From the NCBI GenBank assembly GCA_004321885.1, contig SCQK01000007.1, forward strand, positions 1 through 64,000: a stretch of 64,000 nucleotides of DNA. The letters run 5' to 3'. The translations under genes were made by a program, and so were the position numbers. The notes under the pieces are model-generated. The model was given only the letters and a program-made list of their open reading frames with translations. It was not told where the DNA came from and did not search any database. The DNA is from Patescibacteria group bacterium. Lineage in GTDB: Bacteria > Patescibacteriota > Patescibacteriia > Magasanikbacterales > GWA2-37-8. Positions 27,948 to 37,149 of this stretch are shown one piece after another (the stretch's first letter is position 1; each line of letters starts with the position of its first letter).

Positions 27948-28196
27948 TTATCTGCGCCAGCCCTTTGGTTCTTCGGGTAAGCGTCCGATTTTTTTCAGAT
28001 ATTCCATTTTCTTTGCCACATCCAAGCGATGCAAGGCGCTTTTTTTGCGCATGTTTTTGTTTTTCTGCCTATCAAAAAACTGGTTCTTTTTAACCTGCAA
28101 TATTTTTCCGGACTGTTGCCATCGCTTTTTTACGCGGCGCAAGAATGCCTCAAATGATTCATTTTTCCTGCGCTTGATTTCTGCCACAAAATTCAC
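27948..28196 (-). CDS. rpsU: 30S ribosomal protein S21
   Basis: 82 aa. IKRRKNESFEAFLRRVKK and QVKKNQFFDRQKNKNMRKK parallel the E. coli S21 stretches KVRENEPFDVALRRFKR and EVRRREFYEKP. Confidence 0.65.
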   Translation of the reverse strand: MNFVAEIKRRKNESFEAFLRRVKKRWQQSGKILQVKKNQFFDRQKNKNMRKKSALHRLDVAKKMEYLKKIGRLPEEPKGWRR

Positions 28197-28343
28197 CTCC
28201 GTTTCATGATTTAAGAATTAAGAACAGAGAATTAAAGAATCAAGAATGCGAATCATATGTCGTCAAATCACCATTCGTGATTCTCTCTATTCTCTAATTC
28301 TTTGTATATATTTTACATCAATAGAGCACATTTTTCAATACCT

Positions 28344-29744
28344 TCACATTTTTCCCAATTTTTTCTTCAAGATATTATCAATCTTGCGCTGGTCCACGAT
28401 TTCCTGGGTGCCCGATTCCATGTCGCGAATCACCGCGGTGTTGTCTTGCACCTCTTTCTGGCCGATAATCAGGGCATAAGGCACCTGCAGGCTGTTAGCC
28501 GATTCCAGCTGGCTTTTGAGCGAATTTTTGGATAAATTAAAACTGACTTTCAGGCCTGATTTGCGTAGAACGTTTAGAAGGCGCAAAGCGCTCTGGCGGG
28601 CCGAATCGCCGAGCTGGGCCAGATACAAGTCGTATTTGGGGGCCGGCGGACGCAGGCCGTTGGCTTCGTTGAAAGCGCGGATGGCCGCCACCATGCGCTC
28701 AATGCCGATGGAAAATCCGGCCGCCGGCGTAGGCTTGCCGCCCATTTCCTCCACCAGCAAATCATAGCGGCCGCCGCCGCCCAGGGCGCTTTGGGCGCCG
28801 GCCTCGCCGGTAAGCGAGGGATAAATTTCAAAAACCGTGCGGGTATAATAGTCCAGCCCGCGCACTAATGTGTGGCGCAAGGTATAGGGCACGGTTAGTT
28901 CATCCAGATATTCCAGCACTTTCATAAAGTGGCTCTTGGATTCCTCGCCCAGCCAGTCGGTGATTTGCGGGGCTTCGTCTTTTACGGGCTGGCATTTTTC
29001 GTTTTTGCAATCCAGCAGGCGCAGCGGGTTTTTGTGCAGACGCGCCTTGCAGTCGTCGCACAGATAGCCGCGCTTGGCGCGGTAATAATCCACCAACGCG
29101 GTTTTGTAATTTTTTCTTTCCTCGGGCGTGCCGATGGAATTAAGGTGAATTTCCACGGGCACGCCGGCGTCTTGACAAAAATTATACGCGATTAGTATGA
29201 GTTCGGCGTCCACGGCCGGGCCGCCGTCGCCCAGGGTTTCATAGCCTACCTGATAAAACTGCCTATAGCGCCCGGCCTGCGGGCGATCATAGCGAAACAT
29301 GGGGCCCCAATACCACAGCTTCGTGGGCAGGGGCATGTTCCACATCCCGTGCATGATATAGGCGCGCGCGATGGCGGCGGTATTTTCCGGGCGCAGGCAG
29401 ATTTTGTTGCCATCGCGGTCTTCAAAAACATACATTTCTTTGTCCACAATATCAGTGCCGCGGCCGATGGAGCGAATAAACAGCCCCGCCTCTTCCATTA
29501 TCGGCGTTTCTATCCGGCTAAACTGAAAAAAATCAGCCAGCTCCAGGGCCGACTGATAAAGCGGCTTGCGGTATTTTTCTTCGCGCGGCAAAACATCGTG
29601 CATGCCGCGAAGCAGATTAAAAGTGCGCTTTGGCTTTTCCGCGCTTTCCGCCGCCGGCCTGGGCGCGCGCGGTTTGGCGCGGCGGATAAATTTTTTTAAC
29701 GGGTGTTTTTTTGTCTTTTGTTTTTTTGGCATATTGCTTGTCAT
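28344..29744 (-). CDS. hisS: Histidine--tRNA ligase
   Basis: 466-aa class II aaRS. LRGMHDVLP, RPENTA and GGGRYD motifs are present. Confidence 0.9.
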   Translation of the reverse strand: MTSNMPKKQKTKKHPLKKFIRRAKPRAPRPAAESAEKPKRTFNLLRGMHDVLPREEKYRKPLYQSALELADFFQFSRIETPIMEEAGLFIRSIGRGTDIVDKEMYVFEDRDGNKICLRPENTAAIARAYIMHGMWNMPLPTKLWYWGPMFRYDRPQAGRYRQFYQVGYETLGDGGPAVDAELILIAYNFCQDAGVPVEIHLNSIGTPEERKNYKTALVDYYRAKRGYLCDDCKARLHKNPLRLLDCKNEKCQPVKDEAPQITDWLGEESKSHFMKVLEYLDELTVPYTLRHTLVRGLDYYTRTVFEIYPSLTGEAGAQSALGGGGRYDLLVEEMGGKPTPAAGFSIGIERMVAAIRAFNEANGLRPPAPKYDLYLAQLGDSARQSALRLLNVLRKSGLKVSFNLSKNSLKSQLESANSLQVPYALIIGQKEVQDNTAVIRDMESGTQEIVDQRKIDNILKKKLGKM

Positions 29745-29770
29745 TCCCCCGACTAAGTCGGGGGAATCCG
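29740..29770. repeat. Family A palindromic element gtcattcccccgactaagtcgggggaatcc overlapping the hisS start codon
   Basis: The GGAATGAC end of the element supplies an ATG in the reverse complement. Confidence 0.7.
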
Positions 29771-29780
29771 TTTCAAAAAT

Positions 29781-30383
29781 TTAATATGTCGGCGCTTTGA
29801 AAAACTCTATTCTATTCAAGGGCCAGCCCCTGAACAAAGACCGGCCCACAATCAAACTCTTGTCTATGGCGCCAAACCGGCGCGAGTCATAACTGTTGGC
29901 GCGATTGTCGCCCAGCACGAAATATTGCTCGGGCCCGAGATTGGTGCTCTTTTCCCCGACCGTGATATCGCCCACCAGATACGGCTCGTCCAAAATTTTG
30001 CCCTCGGGAAATTCCTGATTGTATATCGTAATCTTGCCCTCGGCCACTTTCACGCGCTCGCCCGGCAGGCCCACTATCCGTTTCAGAAAAAAATCCTTGG
30101 GATTTTCCGGGTACTTGAACACAATCACCTCTCCCCTTTCCGGCGGCCTAAAACGATAAGTGAGCTCGTCTATGATAAGATACTCATGGTCGTAAAAATT
30201 GGGTTCCATGGAAGCGCCCTTCACGTAAAACGGCTTGAAGAGAAAATAGCGCACCAGGACGATAGTCACTCCGGCTAACACCAGCACCTTTATCAATTCC
30301 AGCAAAAACAAACCAACGGCGCCCAGCCAGGTTAAAATTTTGCGGCCGATTTTTGGTTTGTTTTCTTTGGGTGCATCGGTCAT
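29781..30383 (-). CDS. lepB: Signal peptidase I
   Basis: GASMEPNF and GDNRANSYDSRRFGAI boxes follow an N-terminal transmembrane segment. Confidence 0.9.
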   Translation of the reverse strand: MTDAPKENKPKIGRKILTWLGAVGLFLLELIKVLVLAGVTIVLVRYFLFKPFYVKGASMEPNFYDHEYLIIDELTYRFRPPERGEVIVFKYPENPKDFFLKRIVGLPGERVKVAEGKITIYNQEFPEGKILDEPYLVGDITVGEKSTNLGPEQYFVLGDNRANSYDSRRFGAIDKSLIVGRSLFRGWPLNRIEFFKAPTY

Positions 30384-30388
30384 ACCCG

Positions 30389-30462
30389 TGGGCGATTGAG
30401 GAATCGAACCTCAGACCTCGTCATTATCAGTGACGCGCTCTAACCATCTGAGCTAATCGCCC
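30389..30462 (-). tRNA. tRNA-Ile (anticodon GAU)
   Basis: The reverse complement gggcgattagctcagatggttagagcgcgtcactgataatgacgaggtctgaggttcgattcctcaatcgccca folds as a cloverleaf with anticodon loop ctGATaa. Confidence 0.85.
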
Positions 30463-30582
30463 GGTGATTTTTCCATTTTACATTATTATTACTAAAATTT
30501 CAAGGTTTGCTTTTGGGAAAGACGCGAAAGCCACGACTTCGCGTCTGTTTCCTCCTTCCCCCTTGTTATGCACGGCCGTTGT

Positions 30583-31131
30583 TCACGGCCACGGCCCGAA
30601 GCGGATTCTCGTGGGAACCGACTCCATGGGCACGGCCGCTCGCTGTGGCGGTTTCATGGGCTCTGGCTGAAAAATGCCAACCGCCTGCACTAACAAGCCG
30701 CGCACCACGTCTTCGTCCCCTATCCGGCAGACGAAGAATAGCTTCTGCCCCCACCTCTTGGTGGTGGCATAGCCGACCGTGTACCCGCGCCCTCCGGCGA
30801 GCGGAAAGGTGCGACATTGAGAGATAAGATGAATACACTTGACCAGCGCGAGGGCGCAGGCCATTTGTATCACATCACTCTCGTCTGGTGGACACAGATA
30901 GTCCACCACCTGCCCGCCGACGGTCTGGATTTCCGCTACCCTCTCCATTCTATTTCTCCTTTCTACCCTGTGGGATGGCCGGTAGGCGGCGTGATTTTGT
31001 TGCCGCGAGTTCTCCGATGGGCTTTCCGGAAAATCTCCGGCGACGAAGCCGCTTCTCTGACTCTGATAAAGCAGGCGGTTTCCCCCAACAGCTCCACCGG
31101 CGCCCTGTCTCTCTTGTCGCAGACGAACCAC
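30583..31131 (-). CDS. Hypothetical protein in the GC-rich islet (possibly the 3' part of a frameshifted gene)
   Basis: 182-aa ORF rich in G and C at codon third positions. It overlaps the ORF at 30963..31406 in another frame. No recognisable motifs. Confidence 0.35.
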   Translation of the reverse strand: MVRLRQERQGAGGAVGGNRLLYQSQRSGFVAGDFPESPSENSRQQNHAAYRPSHRVERRNRMERVAEIQTVGGQVVDYLCPPDESDVIQMACALALVKCIHLISQCRTFPLAGGRGYTVGYATTKRWGQKLFFVCRIGDEDVVRGLLVQAVGIFQPEPMKPPQRAAVPMESVPTRIRFGPWP

Positions 31132-31406
31132 ACCCCGGCGCCCTCTGCGGTGTTGGCGAAGAAATAATGCCAGCCATCTCCGTGAGGAATTGTGAGAACC
31201 CTTTCAAAGCCGGGCGGCCACCAGCGCCAGCGCCTTGTCCACTGTGCCGGCAACACATCAACCACAAACGACGTGAGAATCTCTCTCACCAGATCGTGAT
31301 TGTGCGCTTCACAATCAAACTCCAGGGCCTTGCCATTTATCCACAACAGGCTCATTTTTTTCTCCTGCCCCCTCAAAGAGGCGGTGAAGTGTCTTAATAA
31401 GGTCAA
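30963..31406 (-). CDS. Hypothetical protein in the GC-rich islet
   Basis: 147-aa ORF (MSLLWINGKALEFDCEAHNHDLVREILTSF...). Its composition is unlike that of the flanking genes. Confidence 0.35.
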   Translation of the reverse strand: MTLLRHFTASLRGQEKKMSLLWINGKALEFDCEAHNHDLVREILTSFVVDVLPAQWTRRWRWWPPGFERVLTIPHGDGWHYFFANTAEGAGVWFVCDKRDRAPVELLGETACFIRVREAASSPEIFRKAHRRTRGNKITPPTGHPTG

Positions 31407-31420
31407 TGAACGAACTCACG

Positions 31421-31494
31421 TGGGCAATAGAGGAGTTGAACCTCTGACCTCGGCAATGTCAATGCCGCGCTCTAACCAACTGAGCTAATTGCCC
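31421..31494 (-). tRNA. tRNA-Val (anticodon GAC)
   Basis: The reverse complement gggcaattagctcagttggttagagcgcggcattgacattgccgaggtcagaggttcaactcctctattgccca has anticodon loop ttGACat. Confidence 0.85.
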
Positions 31495-31580
31495 AAATTT
31501 TAACAAAGACACATCGCCAGTATAGCAAACAAAAAACAAAAAAACAAGAGTGGGGACCCTCTTGCCAAAAGACAAACTTG

Positions 31581-32069
31581 TTAAATTTTGGCCAAGTTAT
31601 CCAGTATCTCCACCGCGGCCAGACCGGCTTCGTAGCCTTTATTAAAGTCGTCATCGCCGGCGCGCGCCTTGGCCAGCTCCAAATTCGGGGTGGTAAGCAC
31701 GGCGAAAAGCACCGGCAGATTGAATTTTAACGCCACGTTCACGAGACCCATAGAGCAGGCGCTGGAAATATATTCGTCGTGCTTGGTCTCGCCTTTGATA
31801 ACCGCGCCCAGGCAAATGACAGCGTCGTATTTTTTTACCCGCCCGCCATGCGGGTTGGCCGCGGCTAATTTTTGCGCCGCCAAGGGCAACTCAAAAGACC
31901 CGGGCACTTCCAAAATTTTAATATTCTTATCTGAAACCGCGCACTCTTTCAGCGCGCGCAAACAGCCGGCCAGCAGGCCGCTGGTGATTTCCCCGTTAAA
32001 ATTCGCCTTGGCAATGGCGATTTTGTACTTGGCGCCGTATAGTTTTTTCCTTATTTTTTTGTTTCGCAT
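31581..32069 (-). CDS. ribH: 6,7-dimethyl-8-ribityllumazine synthase
   Basis: KIAIAKANFNGEITSGLLAGCLRAL and VPGSFELP are typical of RibH. Confidence 0.85.
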   Translation of the reverse strand: MRNKKIRKKLYGAKYKIAIAKANFNGEITSGLLAGCLRALKECAVSDKNIKILEVPGSFELPLAAQKLAAANPHGGRVKKYDAVICLGAVIKGETKHDEYISSACSMGLVNVALKFNLPVLFAVLTTPNLELAKARAGDDDFNKGYEAGLAAVEILDNLAKI

Positions 32070-32632
32070 AATTTTTCTAAATATCTGGCTATCACGTCCA
32101 CCTCAATATTCACCCTATCCCGGACTTTTATATTTTTCAAATTCGTTATCTCGCGCGTGTGGCTAATGAGCGCCACGCGAAACCGCTCGCCCATGTCCTC
32201 GGCAATAGTCAAACTGATGCCGTTTATCGCCACCGTGCCCTTGCGCGCCAAGTAAACGCGCAATTCCGGCGGCGAACTTATCACCAACTCGGCGTACTCG
32301 CCGACTGTTTTAATTTCTTCCACCGCGCCCACGCCGTCCACATGCCCCAGCACAAAATGCCCGTCCAGCCGCTCGCCGACTTTTAGCGACTTTTCCAGAT
32401 TTACGTCATCTCCAACTTTCAGCGCGGAAAAATTGGTCACGCGAAAGGTCTCGGGCATGATTTCTATTTGAAAACTGTCGCCGTCTAACGCGATTACTGT
32501 CGTACACACCCCGTTTACCGCGATGCTGTCGCCGATTTTTATATCCGCCAAAAAATTCTTCACGGTAATCGTAAAGATATGGTTGGAAATTTCTTTTACT
32601 ACGCCGACTGTTTCAATAATGCCGGTAAACAT
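32051..32632 (-). CDS. ribE: Riboflavin synthase alpha subunit
   Basis: MFTGIIETVG N-terminus, with a duplicated lumazine-binding fold. The start is taken at MFTG, since the upstream in-frame extension is the palindromic element. Confidence 0.85.
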   Translation of the reverse strand: MFTGIIETVGVVKEISNHIFTITVKNFLADIKIGDSIAVNGVCTTVIALDGDSFQIEIMPETFRVTNFSALKVGDDVNLEKSLKVGERLDGHFVLGHVDGVGAVEEIKTVGEYAELVISSPPELRVYLARKGTVAINGISLTIAEDMGERFRVALISHTREITNLKNIKVRDRVNIEVDVIARYLEKLCETKK

Positions 32633-32638
32633 ACAATT

Positions 32639-32668
32639 GTCATTCCCCCGACTTAGTCGGGGGAATCC
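32639..32668. repeat. Family A palindromic element gtcattcccccgacttagtcgggggaatcc immediately upstream of ribE
   Basis: A perfect inverted repeat lying between the ATPase gene stop and the ribE start. Confidence 0.7.
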
Positions 32669-32677
32669 ATCAACCAT

Positions 32678-34264
32678 TCAAAACAACGTTCGCTCGGCCC
32701 GCTGTTTGCTAAGCTCGGACAAAAACCGGCCCACAAATTCCTGGGGACTGCGGCCAAGCGCCACGAAATCGTATAGCAGAAGCGCCACCACCATGGCCGC
32801 GTGAAGCTCTTCCCAGCGCTGTTCTCGCGCGCGCGTCCAGGCCGGATGGCTGGTGTTGATATAGGCCGTGTCTTCAAAAATTCGGCCGAGCTGGTCTTTA
32901 TCAGCGCCGGTAAACGGCTCCAGCGCCAGCTTCAGGCCGGGCTTGCTTACCCGCTTTTGCCGCTCGCCATCGGGGTCGGATTTTAGGACTGAATTTTTTT
33001 CCCGCTCGCTATTTTTTTGTGCCGCATCGCCCAAACCCAAACGCAGCGTTTCTTCTTTTCCTTTTTTTTTCGCCTTTGAAGCATCAGCCCCAGCCGCCGC
33101 TTTTACCGTTAAGCGCCTCACACCGATGACGTCTTCCAGCTCCGGAAAATCACCGGCCAGATTTCCCAAAACATCTTCAATGCGCCTGGCTAGGGGTTTC
33201 ATGTTCGCCGGCGCTTTCACCGCGGCCTCGGTCGCGCTGTCTTCACCAAACATTTTAAGGATAGGTAAAATCGCTCCCTGAATCGCTTTACGGAAGCGAT
33301 AGTATTTTTTCAAACTGGCCGCGTCGGTCAAAAAACCGTCCTTGTTGGTGGTAAGCAACGTGGACAAAGCCGGAATTTCCACCAGCCCCACCAACTGATA
33401 GGCTGACTTGGGAGATACGCCCGCCCATTCCCAGCCGGTTTTAATCACTTTGCCGTAGGTGGAAACGGCCAGACCCGAAGCCAGGGAAAGCGGCGCCGGC
33501 TTGCCGCCGGTGATTTTATCCAGCCAGCCCGCCTCGCGGTCTTTGAAGGCGATAAATCCATACCCGATTGGTCTTCTTTGTTTGGGCAGGCGCACTTCAA
33601 ACCATTTGTCATTATGGCGGCCGATGTCATCGGGCAAAACCACGCGCCGGCCGTTCACGAAAAACTCCACGCCTTTTTTGTAAACGTGCCGCAAAATTTT
33701 TTCATTCATCCCATGGTTGAGCAGGGGATAAAAATGTTTGATGATGGCGCGTTCTATGAACCCTTCGCCCAAAATCTTTTCCGTCGGCGAACGCCCGCCG
33801 GCCGGACGAGCAGGTAAAACAATGCTCACGCTGGAGCCGCGCGGGTGCGGAATAGTATCGCTGGAGGGAACAAACTTCCACGGCGCGCGAAACAGACCCG
33901 ACAGCCGCCACTCCGAGGCGCAGCGGCCGCCATGGGGACCGCGCGTTTCCGTCACCACGCTGTCGGCTAAAATCAAAGACAGTTTGGCCCCCACGCCGGC
34001 AAAGCCGATGCCTTCGCCGCGCACTTTGTCCGAAGAAGCGATGTTGTGATATTCGCGAAACTGCGGCCGGCTCATGCCGCGCCCGTTGTCCACGCAGGTA
34101 ACGCGCGCCTGCCCCAGGTCGGTAAAAAAATCCACCCGCGTGGCGCCCGAATCCAGGGCGTTGGCCACTAACTCGGTGATAATCACTTCTTCTATCGGCG
34201 AACTATAGCTGTCGCGGATGTCTTCCAAGAGGTGCTTCAAATTTATCCGTGTTTCATTGGACAT
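32678..34264 (-). CDS. GHKL-superfamily ATPase (HATPase_c_3 / MORC- or Hsp90-like ATP-binding protein)
   Basis: 528 aa. N-box ELVANALDSGAT, G1 box DNGRGM and G2 IGFAGVGAKLS are present. The C-terminal half has no recognisable domain. Confidence 0.6.
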   Translation of the reverse strand: MSNETRINLKHLLEDIRDSYSSPIEEVIITELVANALDSGATRVDFFTDLGQARVTCVDNGRGMSRPQFREYHNIASSDKVRGEGIGFAGVGAKLSLILADSVVTETRGPHGGRCASEWRLSGLFRAPWKFVPSSDTIPHPRGSSVSIVLPARPAGGRSPTEKILGEGFIERAIIKHFYPLLNHGMNEKILRHVYKKGVEFFVNGRRVVLPDDIGRHNDKWFEVRLPKQRRPIGYGFIAFKDREAGWLDKITGGKPAPLSLASGLAVSTYGKVIKTGWEWAGVSPKSAYQLVGLVEIPALSTLLTTNKDGFLTDAASLKKYYRFRKAIQGAILPILKMFGEDSATEAAVKAPANMKPLARRIEDVLGNLAGDFPELEDVIGVRRLTVKAAAGADASKAKKKGKEETLRLGLGDAAQKNSEREKNSVLKSDPDGERQKRVSKPGLKLALEPFTGADKDQLGRIFEDTAYINTSHPAWTRAREQRWEELHAAMVVALLLYDFVALGRSPQEFVGRFLSELSKQRAERTLF

Positions 34265-34312
34265 ATCTCGTTTCTCTTTTTAATTACCAAAAACTGACTC
34301 ATTTCTAATATG

Positions 34313-35116
34313 TTAGAAACTCTGCGCCAATACCTTCCGTACTTCATCAACCAACTCCGAGGCGCTGTAATTAAATCCGAACTTTTTCCAGAGCGCGTCG
34401 CCGGCCGCGCCATTTGCGTAAAGCCCGGCGCCGGCGGCGAGTAGCGGCTCGTTTTTTGCCAATAGTCCCACGATGAGTCCGGAGAGCACATCGCCAGTTC
34501 CGCCTTTGGTCATTCCTTGGTTGCCGATAACATTACACCAAACCTTGCCATTTTGGCAAACATAGCTTTGCCAGCCTTTTAGTACGATGACGCCGGGATA
34601 TTTTTTGGAAATCAGCCGCGCGTTTTGGGCGGTCGCTTTTTTCTTAAACATTGCCTGAAATTCTCCGGCATGCGGGGCAAGCACGCAATTTTTGTGCAGC
34701 AATTTCAAATCCACCACGCGTAAAGCGCCGGCGTCCAGCACAATTTTCTTTTCCGGAAAAGCGCGCAAAATTCCATTGACCAATTTTTTTGTTTTCTCGT
34801 TTGGCATCAGCCCGGGCCCCAGCAGTATCGCATCACTGTTCCACACTGTCATCCCGACTGAGTCGGGATCCCTTTCTTCAACACGAATAAACTCCGCCAA
34901 CCCCTCGCGCAATTTTTTTATCAACGCAAAATTTTCTTTACTCGCATACACATACACCAAATCAACTAACTTGGCCGCCATCGTCGCGCACAAAATTAGA
35001 GAGCCGTGATATTTTTCCGAGCCGGCGGCAATCAAAACAATCCCGTTCTCGCCCTTGCGGCTCTTTCGCGGCGGCTGGTACAATTTTTTCAACCAGTTTT
35101 TATCTATCTTAATCAT
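34313..35116 (-). CDS. nnr: ADP-dependent NAD(P)H-hydrate dehydratase (YjeF C-terminal domain)
   Basis: 267 aa. GTGDVLSGLIVGLLAKN is a YjeF_C signature. Confidence 0.75.
   Translation of the reverse strand: MIKIDKNWLKKLYQPPRKSRKGENGIVLIAAGSEKYHGSLILCATMAAKLVDLVYVYASKENFALIKKLREGLAEFIRVEERDPDSVGMTVWNSDAILLGPGLMPNEKTKKLVNGILRAFPEKKIVLDAGALRVVDLKLLHKNCVLAPHAGEFQAMFKKKATAQNARLISKKYPGVIVLKGWQSYVCQNGKVWCNVIGNQGMTKGGTGDVLSGLIVGLLAKNEPLLAAGAGLYANGAAGDALWKKFGFNYSASELVDEVRKVLAQSF
34848..34871. repeat. Family A element gtcatcccgactgagtcgggatcc, in frame inside nnr
   Basis: It encodes RDPDSVGMTV within the CDS. Confidence 0.65.
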
Positions 35117-35124
35117 AACACATT

Positions 35125-35151
35125 GTCATTCCGGCCCAAGAGCCGGAATCC
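35125..35151. repeat. Family A element gtcattccggcccaagagccggaatcc (intergenic)
   Basis: Lies between the nnr start and the stop of the PEP-utilizer gene. Confidence 0.65.
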
Positions 35152-35153
35152 AG

Positions 35154-36248
35154 TCAATTTATTTTTCTCACAACTCCCTTCTCCGCGTCCACCTCCACCA
35201 TATCGCCGTCTTTGAAAACCTGCGTGGCGATTTTGGTGCCGATGACGCAGGGAATGCCGAGTTCGCGCGACAGAACCGCCGCGTGCGACAACACGCCTCC
35301 CTCGTCCGTTACTACTGCCGCGCTGTTTTTCACTATTTCCATCAGTTGAGGATTGGTAGAGCTGGCAACCAGAATATAATTATTTATTGCGATTTTTCCG
35401 GTGTTGTTCTCCAAAAGCAGAACCTTGCCTGCGGCTTTCCCGGCGCAGGCCGGATACCCTTTAATCAACTTCGGCGCTTCTTTTATCTTAAAAAATTCAT
35501 CGTCAATTTTTTTTACCATCGCCGGATTTGAAATAATAAGTTCGCGCTCGCCCCGCTCTACAAATAAATAAAAAAATCCGTTGCGCCGTTTATTCAGCTC
35601 ATTCAGTTCGCCCGCGCTCAATCGCTCTTTATCTAAAAATTTTTTCATTTCCGCGACAGAAAGCAAAGCCAGCAAATCGCCGCTAAACTTCTTTCGCCGC
35701 CCCACATTATTCGCCGCGTCCGCCAGCATTTTTTCTATTTCAGGATAAAATTGAGCCATTTTTTCGCGGTTACGACTAATAGTTTTTATATATTTCGGCA
35801 GGGCCTTTTCGTTATTCCCGACAAAACGCCAAAAACAATTGATAATGCCGATAGCGGCCATAAAATTCGGATACTGCGCGGTCAACGCTTTAAGAAATTT
35901 TTCCGGCCGTGAAGAAATATATCGCCTGTGCTTCAAAATTTCGTTTTGGCATCTGGCAAAAATTCTTTCTGCGGGTTCAAAAGCCATTTTAGTTAATTTG
36001 TCAAAATTCTTTTGCGCAAATTTTTTGGTGCGGTTGATTACTTTCTGCTCATCATACATGGAATGCCAAAAATTCACGCGCCCCTTGCCCGCCACGGCGC
36101 CATACGATATTTTTATCTGCTTTCTTAACAGCTTCGTGTAACCAAGCCCAACGGCGCTTAATGAAAACAACGACATGCATCTTTGAGTGGCAGGCCTCAA
36201 TTTATGCTTTTGAATCAATCTTTTTAGTTGGCCAAAATCAACGGCCAT
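35154..36248 (-). CDS. PEP-utilizing enzyme mobile (swivel phosphohistidine) domain protein, paralog 1
   Basis: 364 aa. The C-terminus VTDEGGVLSHAAVLSRELGIPCVIGTKIATQVFKDGDMVEVDAEKGVVRKIN matches the PEP-utilizers family. Confidence 0.7.
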   Translation of the reverse strand: MAVDFGQLKRLIQKHKLRPATQRCMSLFSLSAVGLGYTKLLRKQIKISYGAVAGKGRVNFWHSMYDEQKVINRTKKFAQKNFDKLTKMAFEPAERIFARCQNEILKHRRYISSRPEKFLKALTAQYPNFMAAIGIINCFWRFVGNNEKALPKYIKTISRNREKMAQFYPEIEKMLADAANNVGRRKKFSGDLLALLSVAEMKKFLDKERLSAGELNELNKRRNGFFYLFVERGERELIISNPAMVKKIDDEFFKIKEAPKLIKGYPACAGKAAGKVLLLENNTGKIAINNYILVASSTNPQLMEIVKNSAAVVTDEGGVLSHAAVLSRELGIPCVIGTKIATQVFKDGDMVEVDAEKGVVRKIN

Positions 36249-36278
36249 ATGCCGATAATATACACCACCCTGCTAAAT

Positions 36279-36307
36279 TTGACAAAAACGCGAATTTGTG
36301 CTATAAA
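36279..36307 (+). promoter_or_regulatory. Sigma70-like promoter TTGACA-17-TATAAA with an extended -10
   Basis: ttgacaaaaacgcgaatttgtgctataaaa is nearly identical to the promoter at 52513. A 240-nt ORF-less leader follows, sharing tgttttgt...aatgaaa with the 52548 locus. Confidence 0.55.
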
Positions 36308-36447
36308 AAACTGCTTGTTTTGTGTGAATGAAACACCACGGGCTTACGCCCGGGGAACTGCGTTAGAATATTAGCCAATCTTGGCTAACTTTCCCTAAAC
36401 AAGAGCACTTTGAAAAGGGAAAAGTACTCTTGAAAAGCATTTTGATT

Positions 36448-36474
36448 GTCATTCTTGCCCGTGAGCAGGAATCC
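36448..36474. repeat. Family A element gtcattcttgcccgtgagcaggaatcc
   Basis: Located in the leader upstream of the GC-rich phosphatase gene. Confidence 0.6.
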
Positions 36475-36552
36475 AGTCAGGATGCTTTTCAGGAGGATAG
36501 GAACCCCGATTAGTCCGGCAAGGAGCCGGACACCACTGACAAGGAGAGAGAA

Positions 36553-37149
36553 GTGAAGACAATCATCGTTGTGAGGCATCCCGAGAAGGACGGAGACAAG
36601 ATCACGGCACTCGGTGCCATGCAGGCCTTCGCGACCGCGCTGGCGCTCGGCGCCATGTTCCCGAAGATTACCCAGATCCTGTGGTCGGGCGCGAACCGCG
36701 CCTGGCAGGCAGCGATGGTGACCTTGGCCGCGCTCGGTGGCGATGGCCGCTGGCTCAAAGAGAGCCGCGGCTTCCACTTCGAACCGACATTCACGAACGT
36801 CTACGGCAAGGACGCCCCCGCGGCGTTCAAGGCCGAGACGGCCGCCATCAAGGAGCGACTCGGCAAGTCCGCCCTCACCGTCGCCGACGCATTGGAACAC
36901 AGCGAGTACGCGCGCCAGGGCCGAGTGGTTATGACGGACACACTCTTCAAGCTCGCCAGCACGATGAAGGACGACGACGTGGTGCTGGCCGTCAGTCACT
37001 CGCCGTGGTTGGAGCTCGCCGCACTCGACCCGGCGACCATGCCCTACGGCATCGGCGAGGCCGAAGCTGTGGCCTACCACATAGAGGACAGCAAAATCCT
37101 GACCATAGAGCGGGTGTTGTCCTCGCTGGCCGGCAAGGCCAACTGCTGA
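36553..37149 (+). CDS. Histidine phosphatase superfamily (phosphoglycerate mutase / SixA-like) protein; GC-rich, probably foreign
   Basis: GTG start preceded by the RBS aaggagag. IIVVRHPEKDGD and LAVSHSPWLE motifs are present. Its GC content and GC3 are clearly above those of neighbouring genes (judged by eye). Confidence 0.6.
   Translation: MKTIIVVRHPEKDGDKITALGAMQAFATALALGAMFPKITQILWSGANRAWQAAMVTLAALGGDGRWLKESRGFHFEPTFTNVYGKDAPAAFKAETAAIKERLGKSALTVADALEHSEYARQGRVVMTDTLFKLASTMKDDDVVLAVSHSPWLELAALDPATMPYGIGEAEAVAYHIEDSKILTIERVLSSLAGKANC

Noticed and set aside
30507-31397. Plus-strand ORFs of 106, 116 and 169 aa in the tRNA-flanked islet
   Set aside because: They give low-complexity Arg/Pro/Ser-rich translations. 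The minus-strand frames look more protein-like, though even those are uncertain.
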